Assembly: GCA_965644495.1 (NCBI GenBank)
Contig: CBFFSA010000005.1
Location: 496,001-560,000 of the forward strand
Reading direction: 5' to 3'
Length of the DNA: 64,000 nt
Source of the DNA: Perkinsela sp. CCAP 1560/9
Taxonomy: Eukaryota > Protista > Euglenozoa: Kinetoplastea
The notes under the pieces are model-generated. The model was not told the DNA's origin and made no database searches. It saw only the letters and a list, made by a program, of their open reading frames with translations. Shown here piece after piece: positions 1 to 12,904 of this stretch. Made by a program: the position numbers and the translations under genes. Numbering within the stretch: the stretch's first letter is position 1; each line of letters opens with the position of its first letter.

Positions 1-166
1 AACTTGAATTTTGATGTTTTATATGCATTCAAACACATTGTATTCAAACTCATTTTATGTTGTGTGTCTACATGCAAATAACGTATTGCTTTGGTACATG
101 TGATATATATCCTACTACTACAAAACACTTTATAGCTTCCTCTTCTTTCTCACCAACTTCTCTCCT

Positions 167-1993
167 ATGGGCTCACGAGAAAAAAATGGTCCACGTAAGG
201 TGGACTCGAAGTTATCAACTACGGATTTCAAGCTAGTTTCGGCGTTGCTCTTTCTATCCCCCGAACCTTCCACTAGCACCTCGAACATGGTAAACTCTTG
301 TGATGAATTTTCGTCTCAGACTGTGGAGCTATCATGTTTTATGAAGAGCTCATTGCGCTACAGCTTGCAATTTTTACTCTTCAATGGCGTTCAAAAGATT
401 TTAATATTTTGTGCAAATCCAAGTCACGCCGATGGAACTGAAAGTTATTTGGATGTTCTAAAAAATTTGCGAGACCTTCCAAGAATGGTTTCTGTCAGAG
501 TAGTGTGTGCATCAAAACCTAGATGCTCATCTCTTGGTGACTCCTTGAGAGAGCTTCATTTAACCTCCTCACTTCACACCTTTCTTGGAGAGAAAGATTT
601 CTTAATTCTTCGAAGTGATATAGTTCGCAACTACACAGAACTTTCCAGTGCGTATATTCGACATCGAACTCGTAGGTCGAAAGACCCAAAAGTCTTGATG
701 ACCATATTCATGTACGAGCAAATCTCGGCCTTCTCAAATGGTCGAAAAAACGTTAATGAAAGCGAAATGAATGAGCATCGTAGGCATAGATCATCCTGCT
801 CCTGCACTTTAGAGAAAATAGCAACCCTTTGTGATGAAGATTCAAGGCTACACGCAATAATTTCTATGCAGGAAAATTCTCATTCTGAATTGGTTCTTCA
901 TAATAACGTTCTGGCTTCTCATATTTCGGTAAGGCTTCGCAGTGATCTTGGGGATTCAGGAATGGCATTCTGTAGTGCAGAAGTCATACAGGTATTCAAA
1001 GAGAATTTTGATCTAGAAACTTTGTTGGACTTCTCAGAAACCACCTTAGCCGATGACCTTCTCGGAAATAAAGTAGCTTTGGAGATTATTTCTAGCAAAT
1101 TCCTTCTCAAACGATTATCGAGCTGCGCGCTTCAATGTATTAAAACCAATTGGGGAAATCCCTTAGAATATGATGCATCATTGGAAGGAAATATCAGTGT
1201 TCAAGGAGTTTACCAACGGCCTGAAGACACCACAATCGAATCATCCACTTCCCCTAGTATGGATACCGGCTCTCGATCTGTACGAGAATCGACCTATACT
1301 TCACCTTTACCTTCGGATATTTCAAGTTTTGGGCCACTATCTCAGCAGTTTATATCTGTTTGTAAAAAGGAATCCAATTCTGTTCAAAACTTTTCGTGTT
1401 CTCATGCAACCAGTAGTACGAAATGTGCACAAAAGGATAGTGTGAAATGCAAAGACAGTAAGGAAATGTTCCAATTGGAAATCACCGACACTATTTGCTG
1501 TGCTTTGGAGAGTGATCACGATCTTCGAGATGTATCAACAGGACTCAGTCAACTTCGTTTTTGCTACAATAAATCGCCAGAGGACGTGGGTGTTGCTTTA
1601 TTAGTATCACTGTTGCAATATTCTATTCAACATGTGGAAACGAAACACGCAATATCTTCAGAGGACTTCTCACAGGATCACTCAAAAGCAGCACAGAAAT
1701 GTTTTAAAAAATGTTGTATAACTTTCCAAGGTATTCTGCTGGAAGATCGCTTTGGGGGCAGAGAGGATGCAGCTGGAGTAGATAAATTAAGAGGTTTTTT
1801 AGAATGCATAAATCTTCATTCGTCTCTGTGGTCACGTCTGGGGCACTTCTTGCGTATTCTCTACGAATGCGATATTGTACTCTCGGAGGCGTTTACTACA
1901 TTCAGCAACTCGAAAAATTCATCTCGGTCCATAGTGGAGTTGTTAAAATATGCAGAGAGTTTTTTTAGTGTTCTAAGAGAGCTAGACGATTGA
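167..1993 (+). CDS. Translation initiation factor eIF2B epsilon subunit-like (divergent)
   Basis: N-terminal NTP-transferase-like motifs (SLGDSLREL, DFLILRSDIV..HRTRR, LRSDLGDSGMAFCSAEVIQVFKENFD). C-terminal W2/HEAT-like region (FQLEITDTI..LSQLRFCYN..LRILYECDIV). Confidence 0.75.
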   Translation: MGSREKNGPRKVDSKLSTTDFKLVSALLFLSPEPSTSTSNMVNSCDEFSSQTVELSCFMKSSLRYSLQFLLFNGVQKILIFCANPSHADGTESYLDVLKNLRDLPRMVSVRVVCASKPRCSSLGDSLRELHLTSSLHTFLGEKDFLILRSDIVRNYTELSSAYIRHRTRRSKDPKVLMTIFMYEQISAFSNGRKNVNESEMNEHRRHRSSCSCTLEKIATLCDEDSRLHAIISMQENSHSELVLHNNVLASHISVRLRSDLGDSGMAFCSAEVIQVFKENFDLETLLDFSETTLADDLLGNKVALEIISSKFLLKRLSSCALQCIKTNWGNPLEYDASLEGNISVQGVYQRPEDTTIESSTSPSMDTGSRSVRESTYTSPLPSDISSFGPLSQQFISVCKKESNSVQNFSCSHATSSTKCAQKDSVKCKDSKEMFQLEITDTICCALESDHDLRDVSTGLSQLRFCYNKSPEDVGVALLVSLLQYSIQHVETKHAISSEDFSQDHSKAAQKCFKKCCITFQGILLEDRFGGREDAAGVDKLRGFLECINLHSSLWSRLGHFLRILYECDIVLSEAFTTFSNSKNSSRSIVELLKYAESFFSVLRELDD

Positions 1994-2305
1994 TTTATCA
2001 TAATCTAACTATCGTGTGATATCATATTTGGTTATTTAGGTCGAGGAACAGTTCCGCGTGATCCGCTTTTGAACCTCATCTCATCTCTAATTCTCTATTT
2101 TTATAGTCCACTTCATTGCATCTCTTTTTATCTCTTTGTGTCATACATGGCTCAATAGCAATACAGGAACGAATGGTTGACATGTTGCTTTTTCATACAC
2201 TCCTTTTAAGCTGCATACTAGAAGCAACTTTTTTGGAACCAATCTTCAAATAACTTTTTCTTATAATTCAGTTTAGTCGGTTGCTTTCTTTCCCTTTTAT
2301 CTAGG

Positions 2306-5305
2306 ATGACCCAAGGACTCCAGGAGGCTTCATCCAATGTTGTTTCTTTGCGCTCACAATACGCAGTCACTGATGAGCCAATTTTTCGTCCTCTTCTGAC
2401 ATCAGGAAACATCCACTGGATACCCAATCGGAATTACTTTCTTACTTCATGCGGCGAAAACGTTTGTCTTGTCGACGCTGATCGAGGAAGAATACTGTCA
2501 TCAGCCAACTGTAAAACTGCGATTCGGTTATCTTCCCAGGATAAGTTGTTACCTATGCCGGTATCACAAACAACGTTTGAAGATCAAGAGGACTTCATTG
2601 TGGCTATGGCAGCATCTAGTGTTCCTCAGTCTAATAGCACAACCATGGAGAACGTCTCACTTGATACATCAAACAATCGCATTATTCTCGCTACTACTGA
2701 CAATGACATGATGCTTCTTTCCGTGAATGAAGTTGAGCTTCGTTTTTATTTGCATCGCAAGTGGTCCATTGGACGCCGCTCAACATCAATTAGCGCAGTA
2801 GAATTTTCACCAGACGTTTACAGTGTAGTCAGTTTATGCGCAGACGGGAGTGCACAGATATGGAAATTAAATGATTTTCAAAACCATGTTTATCTGCGAC
2901 CTCAAGAGTCTGGACGACTGATTCAGTGCTTATTTCTTAGTTTTCAAACAACAGACAAGCGTGTAGAGAGCACATCAGCGAAAAAGAAGCCCCGGATAAA
3001 GAGAGATTCAGAGAATAATTCTTCTTTGGAAGTTTCCTCAAAGTCTAACAGTGATTGGGTAATCTTGGGGAACGAATTGGGAAAAATCTTTGTCTGGGAT
3101 TTAGGTCAACTTCAATGTAAACAAGTGATCTCAGAAAGCAGGCATGCGATTTTGAGCATCTTATACATGAAGTCCAGAAAATGCTTCCTTGTCGGAAGCC
3201 GAGATCGGTTGATTCTCTGCTTTAAGTGGAATGATGAAGCTCAAGAGTTTATTCTTTCGGCGAAACTAGCATTAAAGGACAATGTTCAGTCCATGTCTCT
3301 CTACTGTATTCCTTCAAGATCCACTGTTTCACAGCTGCATCTTGCAATCGGTTCTGAGGAAGGTCATATTTCAATATACAGTCTTGAGAAATGGTTACAA
3401 GGACGCTGTAATCCGAAGTACAAAGGCTGTTCAGCAGAGATTGTGATCAAGAAGAAGAGCGATGAGCTTTTCGGCGAAAGTTTTCCCTTTCTGTCTCCTA
3501 ACACAAGAATGAAAACTCTGGCATTTGTTTCGGCAAGTAGTAAAGTATTAATTTTGGACGCCGTAAGTGGTGAAATAAAAAGTAATATTTTAGGACAATG
3601 CAATTCCGTACTCGACATGTGTCTATTGCCTCGAAATATTACATGTGACCAAGGAGTTGGGGACGAATCTGAAGAATATCCTGTCGCCCGCGAAAAGCCT
3701 TCGAACCCTGGTATCATTTTTTTGGGGGATACGACAAGCGCATATTTTATGGACAATGGTGGTTCACACCGTTTTACTTCTCTTGCAGGTCACACCGATA
3801 TCGTCCTTTGCGTAGCTTCACATCAGCACCTAGGATATATTGCTACAGGATCAAAGGATTACACTATCAAAATATGGAAACAAAAGCTGCGTTTCGAATC
3901 ATTAACAACAGTATTAACGGCATCTACAGAGAACTGTGATTTCGTTTGTGTTGCAGAATGCGTTGGAAACAACGCTGCAATCACGGGGCTGTGTTTCGCG
4001 CAAAACGAAAAGTCATCAGTTGTTGCTTTAGCCTCGATAAGTTCCGATAACTCTTTAAAAGTATGGTTACTAACTTCTTTAACGAAGGCATTAAAAAAAC
4101 GAAATATGGAAACAGATAGCCCGCTTATTAAGTTCACAGCTTCTTCTGATCACACCATTGCCGATATCCACAGTGGCTCAAAACTTTCTGAGAATCTCTC
4201 TTCCAGTTCAGTTTATTGCATCGATTTCTCACCACAAAACGATAAAATAGTCACCGGAGGGCGAGACAAGAAACTGCGCATTTGGAATTGGGCAGCAGGC
4301 ACAGGATTACATCCTCAAGGAGAGCTTCAGGGACATAAAAAAGCTATACACTCCGTCCAATTCAGTCCTAGTAACCGGCACATGATTGCCTCCGCATCCT
4401 CAGACGGTACTATTAAACTATGGAACATATCGAACGGCTGCTGCAGCGTAACGCTACAAGGCCACACCGCCGCCGTACGTCGAATGTGTTTCCTAAATCA
4501 TGGGCTTCAAATTTGCAGCGTCGATGAGGAGGGCGTATGTAAAGTATGGAGTTTACAAACGTACGCTTCCGTTCACACGTTTGATACAGAACTCGGAAAA
4601 CCCGCCACTTTAGCGGCAGATCGAGACGGAGAGGCTCTCTATATTGGCGCGGAATGTTCGTTTTTGCGGAAATGGATTGATGTCACGGAACAGGTGAAGA
4701 AAGAGACCATTGTCTCTCGAAGGATGCGCGTTGAGGAAAAACAGAATCTGGACAATTGCATTTCTCATGGAAAATATGTGGAATGTTTTCGACTAGCGTT
4801 GAAGTTGAAACACCCACGCACTCTTTATCGAGTTGTTACTCTAATCGCATTTCCCGCACGCGTCTCGGAAGACAATAAGACACGTCACGAGTCCAAAGCT
4901 GTGAGTTCTGCAAAACCTTACACCTGTATTTCACCTGAAATTTTGGATGCTGTCAGAGACTTGGATAAAGATAATTTGCGACAGCTTTTGTTTTTTTGTC
5001 GAGATTGGCTCTTGGTTAATAAGCGATCAGCCGTCGGTCATCTTTGCTTGCACGCGGTTTTAATAACGCATACAAAGGAGAGGTTGGTTAGCGTTTCGTG
5101 GCACAAAAATGATTCGGATTCTTCCAATTCTTCTTCCAATAATCTGATAGATGCGTTGTTGGCCTACAGCAGAAAGTATAACGCCAGATATGCAGCGTCG
5201 TTGGAAGATCTATACTTTCTGAATCTTCTCAATAATTCTACTCATCCAGGGCAGACACTGGCTCAGCTTTTACCAAACACGTGGAAGGGAGACATTAATT
5301 CTTAG
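2306..5305 (+). CDS. UTP13: U3 snoRNA-associated WD40 protein UTP13/TBL3
   Basis: Multiple WD40 repeats (LAGHTDIV..ATGSKDYTIKIW, LQGHKKAI..SASSDGTIKLW) and a Utp13 C-terminal-like segment (ALKLKHPRTL, LLFFCRDW..GHLCLHAVL). A pyrimidine tract and AG lie just before the ATG. Confidence 0.85.
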   Translation: MTQGLQEASSNVVSLRSQYAVTDEPIFRPLLTSGNIHWIPNRNYFLTSCGENVCLVDADRGRILSSANCKTAIRLSSQDKLLPMPVSQTTFEDQEDFIVAMAASSVPQSNSTTMENVSLDTSNNRIILATTDNDMMLLSVNEVELRFYLHRKWSIGRRSTSISAVEFSPDVYSVVSLCADGSAQIWKLNDFQNHVYLRPQESGRLIQCLFLSFQTTDKRVESTSAKKKPRIKRDSENNSSLEVSSKSNSDWVILGNELGKIFVWDLGQLQCKQVISESRHAILSILYMKSRKCFLVGSRDRLILCFKWNDEAQEFILSAKLALKDNVQSMSLYCIPSRSTVSQLHLAIGSEEGHISIYSLEKWLQGRCNPKYKGCSAEIVIKKKSDELFGESFPFLSPNTRMKTLAFVSASSKVLILDAVSGEIKSNILGQCNSVLDMCLLPRNITCDQGVGDESEEYPVAREKPSNPGIIFLGDTTSAYFMDNGGSHRFTSLAGHTDIVLCVASHQHLGYIATGSKDYTIKIWKQKLRFESLTTVLTASTENCDFVCVAECVGNNAAITGLCFAQNEKSSVVALASISSDNSLKVWLLTSLTKALKKRNMETDSPLIKFTASSDHTIADIHSGSKLSENLSSSSVYCIDFSPQNDKIVTGGRDKKLRIWNWAAGTGLHPQGELQGHKKAIHSVQFSPSNRHMIASASSDGTIKLWNISNGCCSVTLQGHTAAVRRMCFLNHGLQICSVDEEGVCKVWSLQTYASVHTFDTELGKPATLAADRDGEALYIGAECSFLRKWIDVTEQVKKETIVSRRMRVEEKQNLDNCISHGKYVECFRLALKLKHPRTLYRVVTLIAFPARVSEDNKTRHESKAVSSAKPYTCISPEILDAVRDLDKDNLRQLLFFCRDWLLVNKRSAVGHLCLHAVLITHTKERLVSVSWHKNDSDSSNSSSNNLIDALLAYSRKYNARYAASLEDLYFLNLLNNSTHPGQTLAQLLPNTWKGDINS

Positions 5306-5361
5306 TTATTCCAAGACATTTGTTTCAAATAATTTTTTTGTGCTATCTTTACTTACACATA

Positions 5362-7525
5362 CAGGGGGGTCACCAATTTCCGGGGGGGTCTAAAATTTGT
5401 GTCGTGTGAGCTTTTGACCTAATTCCTTCGCCATTCAACAGATCTCGAAATTCTAAGCTGTTTTGCGCTATAAAACGTCTCATAAAAAACCAAATGACTA
5501 TATGAGAAATTTTTAAGGAAAAAGTAGGGTCAAAATTCTGCAAATTATTCGAAATAAAGTTTACTACGAAAATTCATTTTCTTTTCTAGGCTCTTCGTTA
5601 AACGCGGTGGTTGTTTTCAACTTAGAAGTCACTCATGCTGCGCGCTTCGCGTTGAAAACTACCGCCGCGTTTAACGAAGAGCCTAAAAAAGAAAATTTAG
5701 CCTGGAAAACAGAAAGATTATAGCCAAAAATAGCCGAATTTCGGGTAAAAATGGGGTGATTTTCGCGTATTTTTGCTGTCAGAGCACTAAATCCGACATT
5801 TGCGCATGGGAAATCACTCGTAGGCATGAATGAAAGCCTACCTAACGTATTGGGTATAGAATGCGACTCCAACCATACCATTCTTTCGACGCAAAAATGC
5901 CCCTTTAGGTCCGAAAAATACTTTTTCACCTTTTTTAGTCAAAAATGGGTCATTTTGAGGGGCGCACCACGGTTCGAAGAAGGGATACCTTGCGAAAACA
6001 ACTGCGGAGAAGGCTAGTGTAGGTCCCAAACTATCAAAATACAATAGGGGAAACGATTTTGGAAAAATATTTTTTTTGCCATTTTTTTCGCCAAGTTGAA
6101 AGTTTTTTCAAATTTTTTTTTCCGAAAAAATCCGAACTTGGCGGACCCGTCCTGCGGATACGCGGGGGGGTCACCCCCGGGTAGGGGGGTGGAAAATGCT
6201 CGCCAAGACCCCGGCTACCCTTTCTGCGGTTTTTTTTCGAAAACTAATTTTTTCGAAAAAATTTGCTCGACCATGCTCGACTCATTTGCTTGACCCCCCC
6301 CTGGACCCCCCCCTGGACCCCCCCCTGGACCCCCCCCCTGGACCCCCCCCTGGACCTCCCCCCTGGACCCCCCCATGGACTCCCCCCATGGACCCCCCAT
6401 TTTTTTCAATTTTTTTTCTCAGTTTTGGACCACCGGAGCCCCCTTTTATATTTTTTTCTTCTATTATATTACTGTGTTCCCCTTTATATTTTCACTGTTT
6501 TTGTTCACTTTTATTTTCAATAATCGAGTGCAGAGCGGTAGTTTTACAACCACCGCAATAATAGTAATTAATGGAATGCTTTTTTTGGGCAGAAATTATT
6601 CCGTTAATTATTATTCCAATGATTTTTACTAAATTTCTACAAAACTTTAAGCGTCAAGGGAAAAGTTCTGCTGATACGTCTTAATCGATTCATCTTTTCG
6701 CGGTAACGTCGCTTTTTTTTGAATTGATGCTACGTTAATTAAAAAAACGTACATTTTAATTACGTTAAGAAGTGCGTCACCGGTATAATCCACTCGTATT
6801 TGAATACTTCACTGTATATTACTGTGTTCCCCTTTATATTTTCACTGTTTTTGTTCACTTTTTTTTCAATAATCGAGTGTAGAGTGGTAGTTTTACAATC
6901 ACATCGGCATTGTTGCAGTCCTCGTGGACAGCTTAAAGTCACCCACCGCATATTTTTGGTAAAGAATTATGAAGAAACAGGGTCCTTTGCTGCCGTTATG
7001 CCCCACAAGCTCAGTATGCCACACAAGCTCAGTATGCCCCACAAATCGGTCAGAATTGCGACCGGCGATCGCATCTGGGATTGAATTGTTCAAAGGAGAA
7101 CAGAGCAAAATATTTTTAAACACTTTGAAGACTCTTCGAACGAAGACTCGTATTAAGATTACATTACAAAACAATGGAGGTGATTGTGGATAGTAAATGA
7201 CATATTTTTCAAAATTTCAAACTTTGCTATTTTCAGCCCCTTCGGCATAGGGACCTACCCCCCTGGATACGGGAAACGTAATATCAGGTGAGACGTATCT
7301 CTGCGAAAGCTCTCGAATGCGGTGCTACTTTCCAAAATTGGACAAGTTATAAAAATTTTGACCCCCCCATATTTTCGTGCCACCCCCTGTATATAATTTT
7401 TAAAATGGGTTTTTATACCGCAAAACAGCTTAGAATTTCGAGATCTGTTGAATGCCGAAGGAATTAGGTCAAAAGCTCACACGACATAAATTTTAGACCC
7501 CCCCAGAAATTGGTGACCCCCCCTG
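5362..7525. mobile_element. Non-autonomous Tc1/mariner-type TIR element containing nested insertions
   Basis: ~105-bp imperfect terminal inverted repeats (cagggggg tcaccaatttc... / ...gaaattggtgacccccctg), flanked by TA on both sides. Confidence 0.8.
5588..6559 (+). repeat. Dispersed ~1 kb repeat family A, copy 1
   Basis: Starts with the ~100-bp palindrome ggctcttcgttaaacgcgg...ccgcgtttaacgaagagcc, has an internal (cccccctgga)n tract and ends in gagcggtagttttacaaccaccgcaat. Near-identical copies occur elsewhere in the window. Confidence 0.9.
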
Positions 7526-7563
7526 TATGTGGTAAGGTGCTGTATGTATACAACTTGTATGTA

Positions 7564-7887
7564 CTCCCCCTCTCATTAATAATTATAAACCTCCAAAACT
7601 CATTAAAGGGTACGTTTATAGAAGTTTAATGAGATTATAACTCTGAGTCTCATTTCTATAATTATAAACCTCAAATACTTCATTTTTTATCTGGAAAGAC
7701 ACCTCTACTACATACTTTGCACTAAAACTTGTTTCCAAGTTGAACGAAGTGTCTCGAAAATCAAGAATTTGAAGTCCATAATAAGAAAAAATCACTTATC
7801 GAATCTCATTAATAATATAAACTATAATTATAATTATAACTAAAAAGGTTTATAGATCATATTTTTAATTATTAATGAGAGGGGGAG
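7564..7887. mobile_element. AT-rich MITE (ctcccc-type TIR)
   Basis: TIRs ctccccctctcattaataatt / aattattaatgagagggggag. Related TIRs at 23747-24416 and 60019-61958. Confidence 0.7.
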
Positions 7888-8032
7888 TGTACATAACACC
7901 TCTTTTACAAGAGGTACAATATTCTTATGCCTTTTCAAAGTAGCTATTGTCTAGGTCACCACATAACTTACTTTCCTGTATGATGTACACATGATTTTTT
8001 CTATTTATACCTTTTCGTAATGGATATGCCTA

Positions 8033-9340
8033 ATGAGTACGTTCGGGCATTATTTTCGCGTTACAACATTCGGTGAAAGTCATGGTGCAGCTGTAGGATG
8101 CATACTGGACGGAGTTCCTTCTAAAATTTTATTATCCGTTGCGGATGACATCCAACCTTTTGTAGATCGGCGGCGCACAGGTCACAGCCAATACACATCA
8201 CCTCGAAAAGAAAAGGATCACGTCCAGATACTGAGCGGTATTGACACGGAAAACAATCTCACGCTGGGTACCCCTTTATCTTTTCTTGTTTATAACCAAG
8301 ATGCTCGTCCGGAGGACTATCATTTTTCTGATGAAGTGGCGAAATCGCTACAGCAAAGCAATAAGAAAGAGGTCGAGAGCTTTCCAACCGATTTTATTCC
8401 TCGTCCATCGCATGCAGATTATTCTTATCTCTGCAAATATGGCATACACGCACGCAGCGGCGGTGGTCGAAGCAGCGCAAGAGAAACGCTGTCTCGAGTC
8501 ATTGCAGGGGCTGTGGCAAAGAAAATATTACGAGATTGGTACCCCGAACTCAAGGTAGTCGCCTTCGTGTCCTCTATAGGGAATATTTCCATACCCGATG
8601 CACTGGTTCTCCCGATCTTTCACTCGTCATCTATTTTCGAGACAACACAAACGGACCATGCCTCCCAGCACAGTGTTCCATGGACATCCGAATGGGTTGA
8701 CTCCTTCGGGCCACTGCGCTGCCCTGATGTGAAGACCACTGTTAACATGAAAATCGTTCTGGAAGATGTGATGGCGCACGCAGATTCTATCGGTGGAGTG
8801 GTGACTTGTGTGGTACACAATGTCCCTTCTGGGTGGGGCGAGCCTTGTTTCGACAAACTCGAGGCAATTCTTGCCCATGCCATGATGTCACTTCCTGCAT
8901 CGAAAGGCTTTGACGTGGGTTCAGGTTTCAGCGCCTCTATCATGCGTGGAAGTGAACACAATGACCCCTTTGTGTGCAAAATGTCGAGCCACTTGGTTTC
9001 GAACGGAACAGTTGCTGAAGACCAAAGACACCATAAAAAAACATGTCCGTCTTCTCCTCCTCCTACCACCCACGTTCCACTTACTACCACGAAGAACGAC
9101 AGTGGGGGGATTCAGGGAGGCATTAGCAATGGCCAGCCTATTTACTTTCGTGTCGCTTTTAAACCTCCCGCCACAATATCTCAAGCCCAGAGCACTTATG
9201 ATCTAAGCGGTCAAGCAACAACCTTGCGTGCCACAGGACGCCATGATCCATGTGTCGTACCTCGAGCGGTGCCAATCGTGGAAGCGATGACTTACTGTGC
9301 TTTACTGGATAGTGCCTTAGCTCAGCGTACCCGAACGTAA
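8033..9340 (+). CDS. aroC: Chorismate synthase
   Basis: Signature motifs MSTFG..FRVTTFGESHG, PRPSHAD, GGGRSSARET, GGIQGGISNG, GRHDPCVVPRAVPIVEAM. Confidence 0.97.
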   Translation: MSTFGHYFRVTTFGESHGAAVGCILDGVPSKILLSVADDIQPFVDRRRTGHSQYTSPRKEKDHVQILSGIDTENNLTLGTPLSFLVYNQDARPEDYHFSDEVAKSLQQSNKKEVESFPTDFIPRPSHADYSYLCKYGIHARSGGGRSSARETLSRVIAGAVAKKILRDWYPELKVVAFVSSIGNISIPDALVLPIFHSSSIFETTQTDHASQHSVPWTSEWVDSFGPLRCPDVKTTVNMKIVLEDVMAHADSIGGVVTCVVHNVPSGWGEPCFDKLEAILAHAMMSLPASKGFDVGSGFSASIMRGSEHNDPFVCKMSSHLVSNGTVAEDQRHHKKTCPSSPPPTTHVPLTTTKNDSGGIQGGISNGQPIYFRVAFKPPATISQAQSTYDLSGQATTLRATGRHDPCVVPRAVPIVEAMTYCALLDSALAQRTRT

Positions 9341-9416
9341 TCATCAATCTTTTCATAATGTATATCTTTTGTTGACATCACACACGTTAATTGGACAACG
9401 GTTATTCTATTAATGA

Positions 9417-11126
<1,710 letters not shown>

Positions 11127-11505
11127 TATTATAGATTCTGATTCTCAGTGATATCGCTATGATAATAAATACAGATTTGTATTTCTGCGAAAATGTAGTA
11201 GAAAAATTAATGCGCCTTTCTCAGACCTTTACCTGTCAAATTCTTATGTGGATGAATAAGAAATGAATATTTGGCATGAGTATCACTAATTTGTTGAAAT
11301 ATTGAAGTTGATCTAAAGGGATTTAAAAGATTTATGAAATTGTTCTTAAAGGCACATAGTTCTGATCCGTGATTCTTTTTTCTAATCCTCCAGTCCATGT
11401 TTCGGCAGTTCATGCCAACGAAATAGATAATTCTTCTCTCTTCCCGTCATACTGCTTCATGCTTTTAAAGTATATTTCATAAGGAGAATATAAGACAATA
11501 CTTAC

Positions 11506-12726
11506 ATGTTTGACAACGATTTCTTTGATAGTCTCAACGAAGACGTACGTAAAGTTTTGCCCTTCAATTACAATTTTGAAGTTTCCAAAACTGTGCGCAG
11601 AATACGACAAGTTGGCGCAAAGCGCATAGCTCTGCAGTTTCCAGAGGGTCTTCTTGCATATTCTATTCCCCTGAGTGACATCATCTCCCGTTATGGAGGG
11701 TGTGAGACTGCAATACTTAGTGATGTTACCTACGGGGCCTGCTGCGTTGAAGATTTAACCGCTCGAGCTATGGAATGCGATTTCCTTGTTCATTATGGTC
11801 ACAGTTGCTTGATAAGTATCAAGGATTGCGTTTTACCTACCATGATGTACGTTTTTGTCGACATCGGCATAGATGTGACTCATTTCGTTGAAACGATTTT
11901 GTCGCTGGTACCTCCCAAGGTTGGCACGGGCATTGCTCTTTTTTCTACAATACAATTTGTGGTGTCTTTGCGAGCTGCCGCAAAGTCACTAAAACTGAAA
12001 GGTTACACCAACCTTTTCGTTCCTCAAGTAAAGCCCCTTTCCTGTGGAGAGGTGCTTGGTTGTACGTCGCCTCGGTTATCTCCTGAAATCCATACCGTGA
12101 TATTTCTTGGGGATGGCAGGTTTCATCTTGAAAGCATGATGATTGCTAATGAGACAGCACCCACGCGACATGCTGGTGAGGGAAATGCGACGCATACTCC
12201 TGTTCTTCGTCAGTTTTACCAATACAATCCTTATACAAAACTCCTTACTACAGAGAGTTATGACCATGGGGCCATGAAAGCTCTTCGAAAACAGTCCATT
12301 GATACTGCACGCGGTGCGGAACATTTCGCAATTATTTTAGGCACATTAGGGAGACAAGGAAACCCGTATATTTTGAAGCGACTTCAGGATCTACTGAAGA
12401 AACATCAACGTTCGTTTTCCGTTATTCTTATGTGTGAGCTTTCCCCCGCGAAGGTTGCATCATTAGTTCCATCTTTTGATGCTGCAATTCAAATTGCATG
12501 TCCTCGACTGAGCGTCGACTGGGGTGCGCAATATCCAATTCCCCTTCTCACCCCTTATGAGGCGGAAGTAATGCTGGGGGAAGCCTTGTGGGTTGGAGAT
12601 ACCGGAACATCATATCCGATGGATCACTACGCTCTGGAAGGGGGTTCATGGGCTGTGTACACCACCAAACCTTCAATACCTTCTCTAAGCTCAGGAGAAG
12701 ATAGTACGGGTGGTTCTAAAGTTTAA
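11506..12726 (+). CDS. DPH1: Diphthamide biosynthesis protein DPH1
   Basis: LPFNYNFEVSKT, ALQFPEGL, DVTYGACC, VHYGHSCL, GEVLGCT, IACPRLSVDWG. Confidence 0.95.
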   Translation: MFDNDFFDSLNEDVRKVLPFNYNFEVSKTVRRIRQVGAKRIALQFPEGLLAYSIPLSDIISRYGGCETAILSDVTYGACCVEDLTARAMECDFLVHYGHSCLISIKDCVLPTMMYVFVDIGIDVTHFVETILSLVPPKVGTGIALFSTIQFVVSLRAAAKSLKLKGYTNLFVPQVKPLSCGEVLGCTSPRLSPEIHTVIFLGDGRFHLESMMIANETAPTRHAGEGNATHTPVLRQFYQYNPYTKLLTTESYDHGAMKALRKQSIDTARGAEHFAIILGTLGRQGNPYILKRLQDLLKKHQRSFSVILMCELSPAKVASLVPSFDAAIQIACPRLSVDWGAQYPIPLLTPYEAEVMLGEALWVGDTGTSYPMDHYALEGGSWAVYTTKPSIPSLSSGEDSTGGSKV

Positions 12727-12904
12727 TCAAATTTTACGGTCTACTCAATGCGAATGCACTACTCTGTTGAAAAATTCAAGCCGAAAAAGGGTCAGCCGAA
12801 AAAGGGTCAAATCCTTGTTACTGGGGGGGTTCTATTACTGGGGGGATCTACGGTAGCTAATTTTACTATAAAAGAGTTTCCGCGAAGCCTGCTTATTTAA
12901 TTCA

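Noticed and set aside
5633-6632. Recurrent short ORFs (MKKYFSDLKG..., ..NPNLADPSCGYAGG..) in family A
   Set aside because: They recur only because the DNA repeat recurs; frames shift with homopolymer length and there are no protein motifs.
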